A stretch of 64,000 nucleotides of DNA from an uncultured Terracidiphilus sp. (GTDB taxonomy: Bacteria > Acidobacteriota > Terriglobia > Terriglobales > Acidobacteriaceae), in the NCBI GenBank assembly GCA_964571165.1, contig CAZNAW010000006.1:77103-141102 (forward strand), in the 5' to 3' direction. The notes beneath the pieces are model-generated. The model was not told the origin of the DNA. It searched no databases and saw only the letters and a program-made list of their open reading frames with translations. Position 1 is the first letter of the stretch. Every line of letters begins with the position of its first letter. Below, in pieces: positions 10,428-21,340 of this stretch. Position numbers and translations under genes: made by a program.

Positions 10428-11822
10428 ATGTTTGAAAACCTCACAGACAAACTCCAGCGCGCCTTCAAGACGCTTCGCGGCCAAGGCACGCTCACGGAAG
10501 AAAACATCGCTGAAGCCCTGCGCGAAATCCGCGTAGCCCTGCTCGAGGCCGACGTCAACCTCAACGTGGCCCGCGACCTGATCGAGCAGATCCGCGTCAA
10601 AGCCGTCGGCACCGAAGTGCTCACCGCCCTTTCGCCCTCCGAGCAGGTCATCAAAATCGTCCGCGACGAGCTCATCACCCTGCTCGGCAAAGACACGGCC
10701 CGGTTCAAGTTCGCCTCGCAGCCGCCCACCGTCATTCTCATGGCCGGTCTGCAGGGCTCCGGCAAAACCACCACCAGCGGCAAGCTCGCCGCGTGGCTCA
10801 AAAAGGGCGGGCATCGGCCAATGCTTGTATCCGTTGACGTATATCGCCCGGCAGCCCGCGAGCAGCTCAAAGTTGTCGCCAAATCCGTCGAAGTCCGCCT
10901 CTACGAAGGCGACCAGAAAGGCGAGCCGGCTGGTTCAGCTCTCGTTGAGCGCCTGGCCAAAGAGGCCCTCCGCGAGGCCCGCATCATGGGCTGCGACACC
11001 CTCATCGTGGATACCGCCGGACGCCTGCACATCGACGAAGATCTCATGGGCGAGATGGAGCGCCTGAAAAAGCTGCTCAACCCGTCTGAGATTTTGTTCA
11101 TCGCCGATGCCATGACCGGCCAGGACGCCGTCAACTCGGCTCAGGATTTTCACTCCCGCCTGGGCCTGACCGGCGTCGTGCTCACCAAAATGGATGGCGA
11201 CGCCCGCGGCGGCGCGGCGCTCTCCATCCGCCACGTCACCGGCCAACCCATCAAGTTCATCGGCGTAGGGGAAAAGGCGGACGCCTTCGAGCCGTTTCAT
11301 CCGGATCGAATTGTGGGCCGCATTCTGGGCATGGGCGACATGATGTCGCTCATCGAGAAGGCGGAATCGACCCTCGACCGCAAAAAGTCAGAGGAATTCG
11401 CCAAGAAAGCCCTCCTCGGCGACGGCTTCTCTCTCGAAGACTTCCGCGACCAGCTCCGCCAGATCAAGAAGATGGGTTCCATGGAGAGCATTTTGAAGAT
11501 GCTCCCCTCTGTCGGCCCCTTCGCCGGCATGCAACAGGCCGCGAGCCAGGTAGACGAAAAGCAATTCGTCCGATTGGAAGCCATCATCAACTCCATGACC
11601 CCCAAGGAGCGCCGCAACCACGAAATCATCTCCGGCACGCGCCGCAAGCGCATCGCCGCCGGTAGCGGCACCTCGGTTCAAGACGTAAACCAGCTCCTCC
11701 GCCAATATGCGCAGATGGCCAAGATGTTCAAGCAAATGGGCAAAGGCGGCCTGGCCAGAACCATGATGCGCGGCGGCATGGGCGCCATGGGCATGGGCGG
11801 TAAACAACGCTTCGGGCGGTAA
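10428..11822 (+). CDS. ffh: Signal recognition particle protein Ffh
   Basis: GLQGSGKTT, DTAGR, TKMDGDARGG; Met-rich M domain. Confidence 0.98.
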   Translation: MFENLTDKLQRAFKTLRGQGTLTEENIAEALREIRVALLEADVNLNVARDLIEQIRVKAVGTEVLTALSPSEQVIKIVRDELITLLGKDTARFKFASQPPTVILMAGLQGSGKTTTSGKLAAWLKKGGHRPMLVSVDVYRPAAREQLKVVAKSVEVRLYEGDQKGEPAGSALVERLAKEALREARIMGCDTLIVDTAGRLHIDEDLMGEMERLKKLLNPSEILFIADAMTGQDAVNSAQDFHSRLGLTGVVLTKMDGDARGGAALSIRHVTGQPIKFIGVGEKADAFEPFHPDRIVGRILGMGDMMSLIEKAESTLDRKKSEEFAKKALLGDGFSLEDFRDQLRQIKKMGSMESILKMLPSVGPFAGMQQAASQVDEKQFVRLEAIINSMTPKERRNHEIISGTRRKRIAAGSGTSVQDVNQLLRQYAQMAKMFKQMGKGGLARTMMRGGMGAMGMGGKQRFGR

Positions 11823-11868
11823 GATTTCGCGGCCTTTCACAAAGTCCAACCGGCAATCAGGCGCTTCC

Positions 11869-12531
11869 ATGACGACCGTGAGCCTTCAAGACCAACTCGA
11901 CGAGATTACCGCCAACACCCGCCACCTGGTGCAGGCCGAGCGCATGGCGGTCGGCGAGCGCGCCGTTCAGGAGCTTTTCGCCTCGGGCATTGAAGACCGC
12001 ATCCTCCCCGTCGGCGACCTTGCTCCCGAATTCGCCCTCAGCGACGCCACCGGCCGCCTGGTGCGCAGCGAGGACCTGCTCGCCCTCGGCCCTCTTGTCA
12101 TCAAATTCTTTCGTGGCCGCTGGTGCCCCTACTGCATGACGGAACTTGAAGCCTGGCGCGATCTTTACGGTACGCTCCGCGAGCGCGAAGCCCTCATGGT
12201 TGCCATCAGCCCGCAGATCGAGCGCCAGAACGACTTCATGGCCGGCCAGCATGGTCTGCCCTTCCCAGTGCTCTCCGACCCCGGTTGCGCCCTCGCCGAA
12301 AAGTTCGGCCTCGTCTACACCGTCCCCCAGTACCACCGCGATTACTATCTTTCGGTCCTGGTCAACATCCCCTTTGTCAACGGCGACGATAGCTGGCGTC
12401 TCCCCATCCCCGCCACTTACGTTCTGGGCCGCGACCGCCGCGTCCTGTTCGCTGAAGCCCACGCCGACTTCCGCGTCCGCCCCGAGCCCGAAGAAGCCCT
12501 CGCCGCCGCCTTCGCTCCCAACAGCCGCTAG
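11869..12531 (+). CDS. Peroxiredoxin-like AhpC/TSA-family protein
   Basis: FFRGRWCPYC motif; LPIPATYV. Confidence 0.88.
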   Translation: MTTVSLQDQLDEITANTRHLVQAERMAVGERAVQELFASGIEDRILPVGDLAPEFALSDATGRLVRSEDLLALGPLVIKFFRGRWCPYCMTELEAWRDLYGTLREREALMVAISPQIERQNDFMAGQHGLPFPVLSDPGCALAEKFGLVYTVPQYHRDYYLSVLVNIPFVNGDDSWRLPIPATYVLGRDRRVLFAEAHADFRVRPEPEEALAAAFAPNSR

Positions 12532-12543
12532 CGCCGCCAGCCT

Positions 12544-13473
12544 CTATCGCTTCTCCGCACCCGCGATTCCAGTCAACGGGGCCTTACCCACCGCCCCCGC
12601 CTGATCCGCTTTGTATTGCAGGTTCAAAATCCCAAGCTGATACCCGCTCCGATTCGGATATTTCAGCGAGTCCAGATCCCTGGGCAAATGCTTCGGCTCC
12701 AACAGCCGCCACGCCTCCGGCGCCTGCCACGGGTCATAGCCCGCATCGGCCATCAGCGCCAGCGCGATTCGCCCACGCTGCTCCTCCATGGCGGTATTAA
12801 CCTTGCTTGCCGCCTTTTCATCGCCAATCAGGACGGCAAGACCGGCTCCAGGAATGAAGTAACCAGCCAGGTCGCCGGCGACCAGGGTGCCAGTCATTAC
12901 GCGACTATCCGCAACCACGCGTGCAGCCCGCCTTTGCAGGTTGAAGGCCACCCCATCGGCCAGCACCGCTGCCAACTGGTCGTCTTTCTTCAACCGCTCC
13001 ACCACTCGTTCAGGCACCAGGATCAACCCCTCGAAGGAACAGATGTCCGACCGGACCTTCGCGTCGTCCACAGCATAGAACGGGAAACGAATCTTTGAGG
13101 GATGATTGTCCGGCAACTGCTTCTGGTATTCCGGAACAACCTGCATTCCCACACGCTTAACCCTCTGCTGTAACGGCTGGTCGGCCGGAACAGTGCGCCA
13201 ACGTTCGGATGGCCCCATCTTTATCTTTTCGTCCTGCCCCAGAGGTGCGCCTTCATTCAGGGAGTTATCCGGATGGTCTGCTTTGCCCTGATTGGAGTTG
13301 GCACCCGTCGGCTTCACACGCCAATTCGATTCCTCCAATCCCGGCACAACCTTGATCCTGGCCGGCTTGCCTGGCAAGCACTGAACTCGTGTGGCTACGA
13401 GCGCGCCGTCCTTGTCGCGTTTGCCCATGTAATGCACCCAATCGTTTGTGCCCACGTCAGCCTTCGTCTTCAA
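12544..13473 (-). pseudogene. M48-peptidase-like protein lacking HExxH, probably 5-prime truncated
   Basis: QLAAVLADGVA replaces LAHExxH; AGYDP motif present; frame open to 13542 without ATG or signal peptide. Confidence 0.5.
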
Positions 13474-13571
13474 GTCGCCGGCAAACGAAACCTCATGTGC
13501 AAACTCCTGAGTTTGGATCGAAGCAAGGATAGCCCAAGATGTTTATGCCCATCCAGCTTTTTATCTATTCT

Positions 13572-13874
13572 TTAAGTCCACTTAGCCAGCAGCGCCTCAG
13601 TCTGAGCCGGCTTAACTCCCCGAAGCAGGAAAACTTTGCTCCTGGATAACTCGCCTGCGGTCAACTGTACCGCGCTTTTCGGCAACCCAAATGTCTCTGC
13701 CAGAAAGGCAATCAGCGCCGAGTTAGCTCTTCCTTCCACCGGCGGCGCCTGTACCGCAATCTTCAGTTGCGCCGCCGCACCCTCGCCGTAAACGCCGGTG
13801 ATCGCCGTCTTCCTTGCCCCCGGCTGAGCACGAACCGCAAGCATCACCCCATCCGCCGTGGCGCGCACCATCAC
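13572..13874 (-). CDS. yggU: DUF167/YggU-family protein
   Basis: AVRAQPGAR...APPVEGRAN...GELSRSK; coupled to yggS. Confidence 0.88.
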   Translation of the reverse strand: MMVRATADGVMLAVRAQPGARKTAITGVYGEGAAAQLKIAVQAPPVEGRANSALIAFLAETFGLPKSAVQLTAGELSRSKVFLLRGVKPAQTEALLAKWT

Positions 13875-14617
13875 TCAGTCCCCGTCCAAGGCTGGCGCTT
13901 TCCAAACAGCGCCGTGCCCACCCGAATCCGCGTGGCGCCTTCTTCAATCGCCAGAGCGAAATCCCCGCTCATACCCATTGAAAGCACCTCGAGCGCCATC
14001 TTTGGATGCACGGCCGCCCACCGTTCCCGCCACTCCCGCAAGCTGCGGAAACAAGCTCGCGTCACATCCTCTGCCACGCCCCAGGGCGCAATGGTCATCA
14101 GCCCGCGCGTCTCCAAATTTGTCAGATCAGGCAGACGCTCCAGCAATTGCGCGGCCTCGGCAGATTCGGGGTCGAGACCAGCCTTGGTCTCCTCGGGACT
14201 CAACTTCACCTCAATCAGCACCGGCAACCGCTTGCCCAAGTTCCCTGCCGCCTCATGCAGCCGCTCTGCCAGCCGCACCGAATCCAATGAGTCGATGCCA
14301 TCGAAAAACTCCACGGCACGCAATGCCTTGTTCGATTGCAGATGCCCTATCAGATGCACCCGCGCCGGCCCGCCCGAAACGCCCCCAGGCGCAGCCAGCC
14401 GGAGCCCTTCCAACTGCGCTGCCTTAGCCCCAAACTCCTGCACACGGTTCTCGCCAAACAGCCTCAGCCCCAGCGCCGCAGCCTCGGCAATCTTCGCCGC
14501 CGGCTGCGTCTTTGAAACGGCCATCAACTCCACTTCGCCGCGCCCGCGCCCAGCCCTGCTGCAAGCCGCCGCAATCGCCTCTTCCAGCCGTTCGAGATTG
14601 TTCCCGAGGTCGCTCAA
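13871..14617 (-). CDS. yggS: PLP homeostasis protein YggS
   Basis: MAVSKTQ, FGENRVQE, HLIGHLQSNK, SMGMSGD. Confidence 0.95.
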   Translation of the reverse strand: MSDLGNNLERLEEAIAAACSRAGRGRGEVELMAVSKTQPAAKIAEAAALGLRLFGENRVQEFGAKAAQLEGLRLAAPGGVSGGPARVHLIGHLQSNKALRAVEFFDGIDSLDSVRLAERLHEAAGNLGKRLPVLIEVKLSPEETKAGLDPESAEAAQLLERLPDLTNLETRGLMTIAPWGVAEDVTRACFRSLREWRERWAAVHPKMALEVLSMGMSGDFALAIEEGATRIRVGTALFGKRQPWTGTE

Positions 14618-15561
14618 TGCCCGTGCTCTTCCAGAAACTTCTCCGCCTCAAGCGCCGCCATGCATCCCGACCCTGCCGCTGTAATCGCCTGCCGGTAGCG
14701 CCGGTCCTGTACATCTCCGCAAGCAAACACCCCCGGCACCACCACGCCGTTGAGTGTCGTGAGCACGTTGCCGGTGGTGCGGATATATCCGTCCTCGTCC
14801 AGATCCATCTGTCCGGCAAACATCTTTGCATTCGGCTCGTGCCCAATGCCAAGGAACAGCCCGCTGACCTTCAGATCGCACTCAACACCCGTCTTCACAT
14901 CCTTCAGCTTCAGCCCGCGCACTTCCTTCTCTTCCACGCCCAACACCTCTTCAACCACCGTGTTGGTGCGCAGTTCGATGTTGGGATGCGCCACCGCCCT
15001 CTCCAGCATGATTTTCGAGGCGCGAAAGCTCTCCCGCCTGTGCAGCAGCGTGACTTTCGACGCAAAGCGGGTCAGGAAGAGCGCCTCCTCCATCGCCGAG
15101 TCGCCTCCGCCCACCACCGCAATTTCCTTGCCGCGGAAGAAGAACCCGTCGCATGTGGCGCAGCTTGAAACCCCATGCCCAATCAGCGCCTGCTCGCTCG
15201 GCAGGCCCAGCCAGCGCGCGCTTGCCCCCGACGCCACAATCAGCGTCCGCGTGCAAATTTCCCCCGCAGAAGTCTGCAGCCGGATTGGATGCGCTCCCAG
15301 TTCAACGGCGTTCAAATGGGCCAGCTGGAAGCTCGCCCCAAACCGCGCGGCCTGCTTCTTCATGTTCTCAATCAGTTCCGGCCCCTGGATGCCCTCCGGC
15401 CACCCCGGAAAATTCTCCACCAGCGTGGTGATCGAGAGCTGTCCCCCAGGCTCGTGACCCTCAAGAACCAGCGGGTTCAGCCCGGCGCGTGCGGTGTAAA
15501 TGGCCGCCGTAAGCCCGGCGCAGCCGGAGCCCAAAATAACGCTATCGCGAATCTCTGTCAT
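14614..15561 (-). CDS. trxB: Thioredoxin reductase
   Basis: GSGCAG FAD motif, CATC, GGGDSA, YRQAITAAGSG. Confidence 0.96.
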   Translation of the reverse strand: MTEIRDSVILGSGCAGLTAAIYTARAGLNPLVLEGHEPGGQLSITTLVENFPGWPEGIQGPELIENMKKQAARFGASFQLAHLNAVELGAHPIRLQTSAGEICTRTLIVASGASARWLGLPSEQALIGHGVSSCATCDGFFFRGKEIAVVGGGDSAMEEALFLTRFASKVTLLHRRESFRASKIMLERAVAHPNIELRTNTVVEEVLGVEEKEVRGLKLKDVKTGVECDLKVSGLFLGIGHEPNAKMFAGQMDLDEDGYIRTTGNVLTTLNGVVVPGVFACGDVQDRRYRQAITAAGSGCMAALEAEKFLEEHGH

Positions 15562-15982
15562 AAGGTTTCCCATCTTGATCTTAGATGTTTCCCCGCCGCT
15601 CGCCGACTCAACCCAGAGCCGCGGCCAGCAGTCGCGGCCGCCCATGCGGCAACTCCGCTGCCAACGCCGCAACCCCGCCCCGACCGCTCTGCGTGATCGC
15701 CAGTGCAGCGGTCGCTCCCTTTAGCCAGTCTCGCCGGCTCATCTCGGCCATGGTGCACTCCCCGGCGCAATCACTTCACAAACAACCTGCGCCGCAAACT
15801 TTCGCACTCTGAAATCATTGCACGGCAGAACCGCCGCTCCAGCCCGCCCAGGTCCATTCTATCCAGCCGCTCACCCCGCGGAACCGGAGTGGAGTTAACC
15901 GGAGGTATAATTGCGCGGAGTCAGGAAAACACAATTCAAATCTTCGTTTAAAACATCCCAAAAGTTCGCTTCGGAGATGGCA

Positions 15983-18214
15983 ATGGATCGAAGAACATTC
16001 AGTAAGTTGGCTGGGCTGGGAGCGGTTCATGCGCTGTCGAGCCACGCAGCTCTCGGCGCGCAGCCCTCCACATCGCCCGTCAAATCGAACACCGAATCGG
16101 GGACGGAATCTCATGGAACCGCGCATATACCGGCGCGGGCGGTCGACTGGCCATCGCGGACGTACCGCCGGCTCCTGGTAGACACGCATGTGCCCGACTG
16201 GGACGACCAACTTCTGGCCAGCTTCGATCCAGTTGATTATGTCTCCACCATTGCCGGCGCCGGCTTCCAATCCTTGATGCAATATGCAAATTCACACGTC
16301 GGTCTCTGCCTGTGGCACACCAACGTGGGACAAATGCATCGCAATATGAAGGGCCGTGACTACTTCGGCGAAGTTATGGAGCAGTGTCGCCGCCACGGAT
16401 TGCACCGCGTGGCCTATTACAGCCTCATCTACGACGATTGGGCTTACCAGACCCATCCTGACTGGCGAACCTTACCCGAGGACGGTTCCGATTCACAACT
16501 CCATAGCCGTACAGGGACTGTCTGCATCAATTCACCTTATCGTGAGCACGCCCTCGCCTGCCTAAGAGAATTGGTGGGCAACTATGACTTCGAATGTATC
16601 TTCCTCGACATGACATTCTGGCCCGTGATCTGCTACTGCCCTTACTGCACCGCTCGCTATTGGAAGGAGCAGGGAGTGGAGCCGCCACGCATCGTCGACT
16701 GGAAAGATCCGCAATGGCGCACATTCCAGAAGAGCCGCGAGCGCTGGCTGCTCGAGTTCGCAATGTCGGTTACCCAGGCTATCAAGCAGATTCGCCCAGT
16801 TCAGGTTCTCCATCAGGACAGCACGATCTTCAGCCCGTGGCCCGCCGCGGTTTCACTGGAGCAAATTGAAGGAGCCTCCGATTTTTGCGGTGGAGACTTC
16901 TATGGCGGCGCGGCGCAATTTTCGCTTGTATGCAAGGCGTATCTTAGTCTTTCGCGTAGTCGCCCGTTTGAATTCATGACCTCGCGGACTCTCAACCTGA
17001 ATGACTTTGAGACGACCAAGCCCTTCGAGCAACTCGCGCTTGAATCAATGATCCCGATGATTCATTCTTCCGCCTGCCTGATCATTGATGCGATCAAGCC
17101 TACAGGCGTTCTGAACCATCGAGCGTATGAGTACCTTTCGCAAATCAACGCGCTGCATGATCCTTACGAGCCGTTTCTGGGCGGCGAGATGCTCGCGGAC
17201 GTGGCCATCTATTACGACAAGAGTTCCACTTATGATCCCGCCGTCAATGGATTGAAGACGGGGGAGGCGGCTGCAAAGATGAATCTGCCGCATCTTGACG
17301 CTGCTGTTGGCGCGGCTCGTATTCTTCGCGAAGCCCACATACCCTTTGGCGTAATTACAAATGTATCTCTGGATCAGCTGAGTCGATATCGCGCGGTGAT
17401 TCTGCCGAGCGTACTTGAAATGACCGCGGATCAGGCACGGATATTCCGTGAATTTGTCCGGAATGGCGGAATTCTCTATGCCAGCGGCATCTCGTCGATG
17501 AGCGCTCCCGAAGAGGGAGACGAGAGATTCCTTCTTGCCGACGTGCTGGGTGTCCGGTATGTGGGAAAAATGGGAGGACGAACAACCTACCTTTCTACCA
17601 CTGACCAGGAGATAACCTCTGCAATCTGGCCGCAGGAGAACCTTGGCTTCAGTGGACCCATGGTCAAGGCTGAAGTCGAGCCGGCCGCAAAGGTGCTGGC
17701 CACCGTGACCCTCCCGTTTGTCGATCCTGAGTTAGGGACAGCTATCGGCGCGCATTTCGCTCAAATCTGGAGCAATCCTCCCGCCTCACAACCCGGACTG
17801 AATCCGGGAATTGTGATCAATACGTTCGGAAAAGGCAAAGCAATCTGGGCGGCAACTCCCATAGAGTCTCGCGGCGATGCCGTCGATGCCAGCGTCTTCG
17901 TGCTTCTGCTCAAGCGAGCCTTGCAACCGCCTTACCAATTCGAGGCCGATGCTGACCGGGCAGTCGAGGTCACCCTCTTCCATCAGGAAGATCGCCACAG
18001 ATTGCTGGTGGGGATGCTCAATCTGCAAGCGCAAGTTCCCACCATACCGGTGGCCGCGACTCTTCGCATTCAAGTGCCGGCGGGACATCGAGCGCGGAAA
18101 GTATCCCTCCTGCCTGAACAGAAAGAGATCACTTTCTCAACTGCCGGATCGTACATCAGCTTTCAAGTCCAGCCGTTCCATCTGGTGTGCATGGCATTGG
18201 TCGACTATGTGTAG
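15983..18214 (+). CDS. Tat-exported glycoside hydrolase (GHL6/GH151-like barrel plus GH42-type trimerization domain)
   Basis: MDRRTFSKLAGLG twin-arginine signal; CIFLDM, CYCPYC, PFEFMTSR; LSRYRAVILP domain. Confidence 0.72.
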   Translation: MDRRTFSKLAGLGAVHALSSHAALGAQPSTSPVKSNTESGTESHGTAHIPARAVDWPSRTYRRLLVDTHVPDWDDQLLASFDPVDYVSTIAGAGFQSLMQYANSHVGLCLWHTNVGQMHRNMKGRDYFGEVMEQCRRHGLHRVAYYSLIYDDWAYQTHPDWRTLPEDGSDSQLHSRTGTVCINSPYREHALACLRELVGNYDFECIFLDMTFWPVICYCPYCTARYWKEQGVEPPRIVDWKDPQWRTFQKSRERWLLEFAMSVTQAIKQIRPVQVLHQDSTIFSPWPAAVSLEQIEGASDFCGGDFYGGAAQFSLVCKAYLSLSRSRPFEFMTSRTLNLNDFETTKPFEQLALESMIPMIHSSACLIIDAIKPTGVLNHRAYEYLSQINALHDPYEPFLGGEMLADVAIYYDKSSTYDPAVNGLKTGEAAAKMNLPHLDAAVGAARILREAHIPFGVITNVSLDQLSRYRAVILPSVLEMTADQARIFREFVRNGGILYASGISSMSAPEEGDERFLLADVLGVRYVGKMGGRTTYLSTTDQEITSAIWPQENLGFSGPMVKAEVEPAAKVLATVTLPFVDPELGTAIGAHFAQIWSNPPASQPGLNPGIVINTFGKGKAIWAATPIESRGDAVDASVFVLLLKRALQPPYQFEADADRAVEVTLFHQEDRHRLLVGMLNLQAQVPTIPVAATLRIQVPAGHRARKVSLLPEQKEITFSTAGSYISFQVQPFHLVCMALVDYV

Positions 18215-18253
18215 AACAGCATTCCGCTCTGAATGTTCCTCAGGATAAGACGT

Positions 18254-18454
18254 ATGGCCAATCTGACTCTAATCTACGGACTGCGGCTGCTCCCCGAAGG
18301 CGAGGTCACCGAGGTCCACGACGCAACGCTCGAACTGGCCAACGGCCATCAGGCCCACGTCACCATGCACCTGATCGAGGGCTCGCGGGAAGAGATTGAA
18401 ACGCAACTCAAGCGCAGCCTGGACGCATTCTTCAGCTTCTACCCCGAAGTGTGA
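18254..18454 (+). CDS. Small acidic hypothetical protein (66 aa)
   Basis: Host-like codon usage; fills the intergenic space cleanly. Confidence 0.7.
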   Translation: MANLTLIYGLRLLPEGEVTEVHDATLELANGHQAHVTMHLIEGSREEIETQLKRSLDAFFSFYPEV

Positions 18455-18523
18455 CCCCCGGCAATCCCACGCGGCTGGCTCACCCCCGCGTCAGCCGCCA
18501 CGCCCCGCGCGGTAGATCGGCGA

Positions 18524-19516
18524 TCATTTCTGCACGGGAGCAGGTTGTGCGGCAACAGGCGCTTTCACTGCGCCAGAACCGGTCGAGGCTGGGGTCGCGC
18601 CATGCGGGGAGGCAGGGTCCATTGCTGCGATATCCACGCGATAACTCACCGTATTAGCCGTGGGAAAGCTGGTTGGAACCTTCTGGCTTACCTTACCCGT
18701 GGCGGCCCACTCCGCGCCGCGCTGAAAGGTTGTGATGAATCCCACGCAGCTTAACGCAGCCACGTCGTGCCCCATCGTGGTGTGAAAGATTCTTCCCTTT
18801 CCATAGCGCACAACCATGAGCATGGGTTCGTCCCGGCCTGTGCCGCTGTTTCCCGGATCGGAATGCGCGGTCGCCAGCACCGTCATGTTCTTCCCTGGGC
18901 CGCGAAGGGTCGCGTAGAGTTCGTCGGGAAAGTGCATCCATGCCGCCGGCAATCCCTTCATAATCGGATGCTCCGGCTCGCGCGTCACCACCTGAAACGG
19001 AAGACGCGCCCCGTGCGAGCCCGTCGGTCCGGCTGAAGAATCGGACACCAGCTTGCCATCCTTGAAATACCACATCGGTCCAGCTTGCTCGGTCCGGCCT
19101 CGCCAGCCGCCGATGCCTGTCATCAGGTTGTACTCCGGCCAGTTGGGAAAGGAATTGTCAGCCCCGTGAACCACCACCAGCCCCCCGCCGTTGCCGATGT
19201 AGTCCTCCAGTTGCCGGCGCAGATCGGCAGGCCAGTCTGGAGCGTCATAGTTCCACACGATTGCCTGGTAATGGCTGAACTCCGGCTTGAAACCGCTGAA
19301 GTCCCCATCCGGCTTCGGCGCTGTCACCACCGTGACCTCAAACAGCCCGGTCTCCTCCAGTTCCGCCTTCAGCACTGGAGTCGTAAGCCTCCAGTTGTGG
19401 TACGCGCCTCCGCTTTGTCCATCCAGAATCATCACGCGGATGGGCGCCGCGACCGCACATGCGGAACTGGCGAAGAACAGGGTGCACCAAAGTACAGCAA
19501 GCATAGACTGCTTCAT
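18524..19516 (-). CDS. Secreted ThuA-domain protein
   Basis: Signal peptide MKQSML; GGGLVVVHGA, DELY, GRIFHTTMGH. Confidence 0.85.
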   Translation of the reverse strand: MKQSMLAVLWCTLFFASSACAVAAPIRVMILDGQSGGAYHNWRLTTPVLKAELEETGLFEVTVVTAPKPDGDFSGFKPEFSHYQAIVWNYDAPDWPADLRRQLEDYIGNGGGLVVVHGADNSFPNWPEYNLMTGIGGWRGRTEQAGPMWYFKDGKLVSDSSAGPTGSHGARLPFQVVTREPEHPIMKGLPAAWMHFPDELYATLRGPGKNMTVLATAHSDPGNSGTGRDEPMLMVVRYGKGRIFHTTMGHDVAALSCVGFITTFQRGAEWAATGKVSQKVPTSFPTANTVSYRVDIAAMDPASPHGATPASTGSGAVKAPVAAQPAPVQK

Positions 19517-19774
19517 GTTCAATCCTCGTTGGGTGGCATCATTTTCGATAGAGGCAGCATACGCTCTTCCCGGCTCCGGCTCTACAACCCCCGGGTTCAC
19601 GCCGCGCAAATTCCTCCAGATGTGGCCGGGACCCATGAGGAATCTGAAGCCGCTCTAAAGAACCGATGAAAGCAATCTTGGAAATCCAGCGTGACCCGAA
19701 TCTCGCTGATCCTCCGCCCCGGTCCTTTATGATTTCCAAGTCCAGACTGATTTTTCCCGAACCCAGGTGGCTCG

Positions 19775-21205
19775 ATGACGATCTCCACACCGAATCTCGA
19801 TTCCAAATCCCAACTCCGCAAAACCATGGGCTTTTGGGATGTGCTGCTGTTCAACATCGCCACCGTGCTTGGACCACGCTGGATCGCCGCCGCCGGCCAC
19901 AACGGGACCTCCTCCATCAGTTTGTGGGTCCTCGCCGCAGTCTTCTTTTTCGTGCCCGGAGCGCTGGTGATCAATGAGCTCTCCTCCCGCTTCCCTGAGG
20001 AGGGCGGCCTCTATGCCTGGTCCCGCGAAGCCTTCGGCCCCTTTCACGGCTTCATCGCCGGATGGACCTACTGGATTTATACCGTTTTTTATTTTCCCGG
20101 CCTGCTGCTCGCCAGCGCCTCAATGAGCGCATACATTGTGGGTGGACGCGGCGCCGCGCTGGCGCAAGACCGGACATTTCTGCTTGTCGTCTCACTCTCA
20201 ATGCTTGTGGTCGCCGTGCTCCTGAACATCATCGGGCTGAACGTCGGCAAGTGGCTGCAGAATGCCGGCGGAATCGGAACCTACGTGCCCCTACTGATGC
20301 TCGCGGGCATTGCCGCGATCGTTTGTTTCCGGCACGGCTCCGCAACCCATTTCACCGTCTCCAACATGTTGCCCGCGTGGAACTGGGACACGGTCAACTT
20401 CTGGTCGCAGATTGCTTTTGCTTTCACGGGACTGGAACTCGTGTCTGCCATGAGCGAAGAAGTGCGCGATCCGCGCCGCACTTTGCCGCGGGCCGTATTT
20501 GGCGCCGGAGCGCTGATTGCCCTGATGTACATTGCCGGGACGTTCGCAGTCCTATCGCTCGTGCCCGCCGCCGATCTGGATCCCCAGAGCGGCGTCTTTC
20601 ACGCCATTACCGTTGGATCGGTCGCCCTGCGCCTCGGCTTGCTGGGAATGCTGGCGGCCATCCTGGTGACCGTAGGCAACGCAGGCGGCGTAGGCTCGAC
20701 CGTGGCCGGCATTGCGCGCGTGCCGTTTGTGGTGGGAATCGACCGCTACCTGCCCGCTGCTTTCGGCAAGATTCATCCCCGGTGGAAGACTCCTTATGTC
20801 TCCATCCTCGTGCAGGCCATCGTTTCCGGAGCCATTCTGCTGGGTAGTCAGATCAATGAAACCACGCGCGGCGCCTACCAATTTCTCATCGATGCGGCCA
20901 TTATTCTCTACTTCATTCCATTTCTGTACATGTTCGCAGCAGTGATCAAGCTGGCGCGCCGCAAAGACCGCAAAGAGAATCCGCACGCCGTGCTGGTGCC
21001 GGGAGGAATTGCAGGCGTTTGGATTTGCGGCGGTCTGGGATTCATCGTCGTCCTGATCGGAATTCTTGTTTCGCTCGTCCCGCCGGGCGATTCGTCAAAC
21101 AAGCTGGGGTTTGAATTGAAGCTGGTTGCGGGCACGGTCGCCTCCATCCTGCTGGGACTTGCCCTCTATTGGCGTGGCGCACGGGCCAAGCAGTCTCAGC
21201 CGTAG
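19775..21205 (+). CDS. APC-family amino acid permease
   Basis: PEEGGLYAW, FAFTGLE, FGKIHPRWKTP; about 12 TM segments. Confidence 0.92.
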   Translation: MTISTPNLDSKSQLRKTMGFWDVLLFNIATVLGPRWIAAAGHNGTSSISLWVLAAVFFFVPGALVINELSSRFPEEGGLYAWSREAFGPFHGFIAGWTYWIYTVFYFPGLLLASASMSAYIVGGRGAALAQDRTFLLVVSLSMLVVAVLLNIIGLNVGKWLQNAGGIGTYVPLLMLAGIAAIVCFRHGSATHFTVSNMLPAWNWDTVNFWSQIAFAFTGLELVSAMSEEVRDPRRTLPRAVFGAGALIALMYIAGTFAVLSLVPAADLDPQSGVFHAITVGSVALRLGLLGMLAAILVTVGNAGGVGSTVAGIARVPFVVGIDRYLPAAFGKIHPRWKTPYVSILVQAIVSGAILLGSQINETTRGAYQFLIDAAIILYFIPFLYMFAAVIKLARRKDRKENPHAVLVPGGIAGVWICGGLGFIVVLIGILVSLVPPGDSSNKLGFELKLVAGTVASILLGLALYWRGARAKQSQP

Positions 21206-21340
21206 CCAGAAAGATGCTGGGAAACCACCCTCCTCCACGTCGCCAGGCCGTCCGGCGCGGCGGTTTTTTACGGCCGGGGAGGGAGGCCATGAACCACGAA
21301 AAGCCTGCCTCGCGTCTCAGTCGAGTAAACTGGAAGAGCG

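Noticed and set aside
19641..19660. AATCTGAAGCCGCTCTA resembling the MITE right end
   Set aside because: No convincing partner end found
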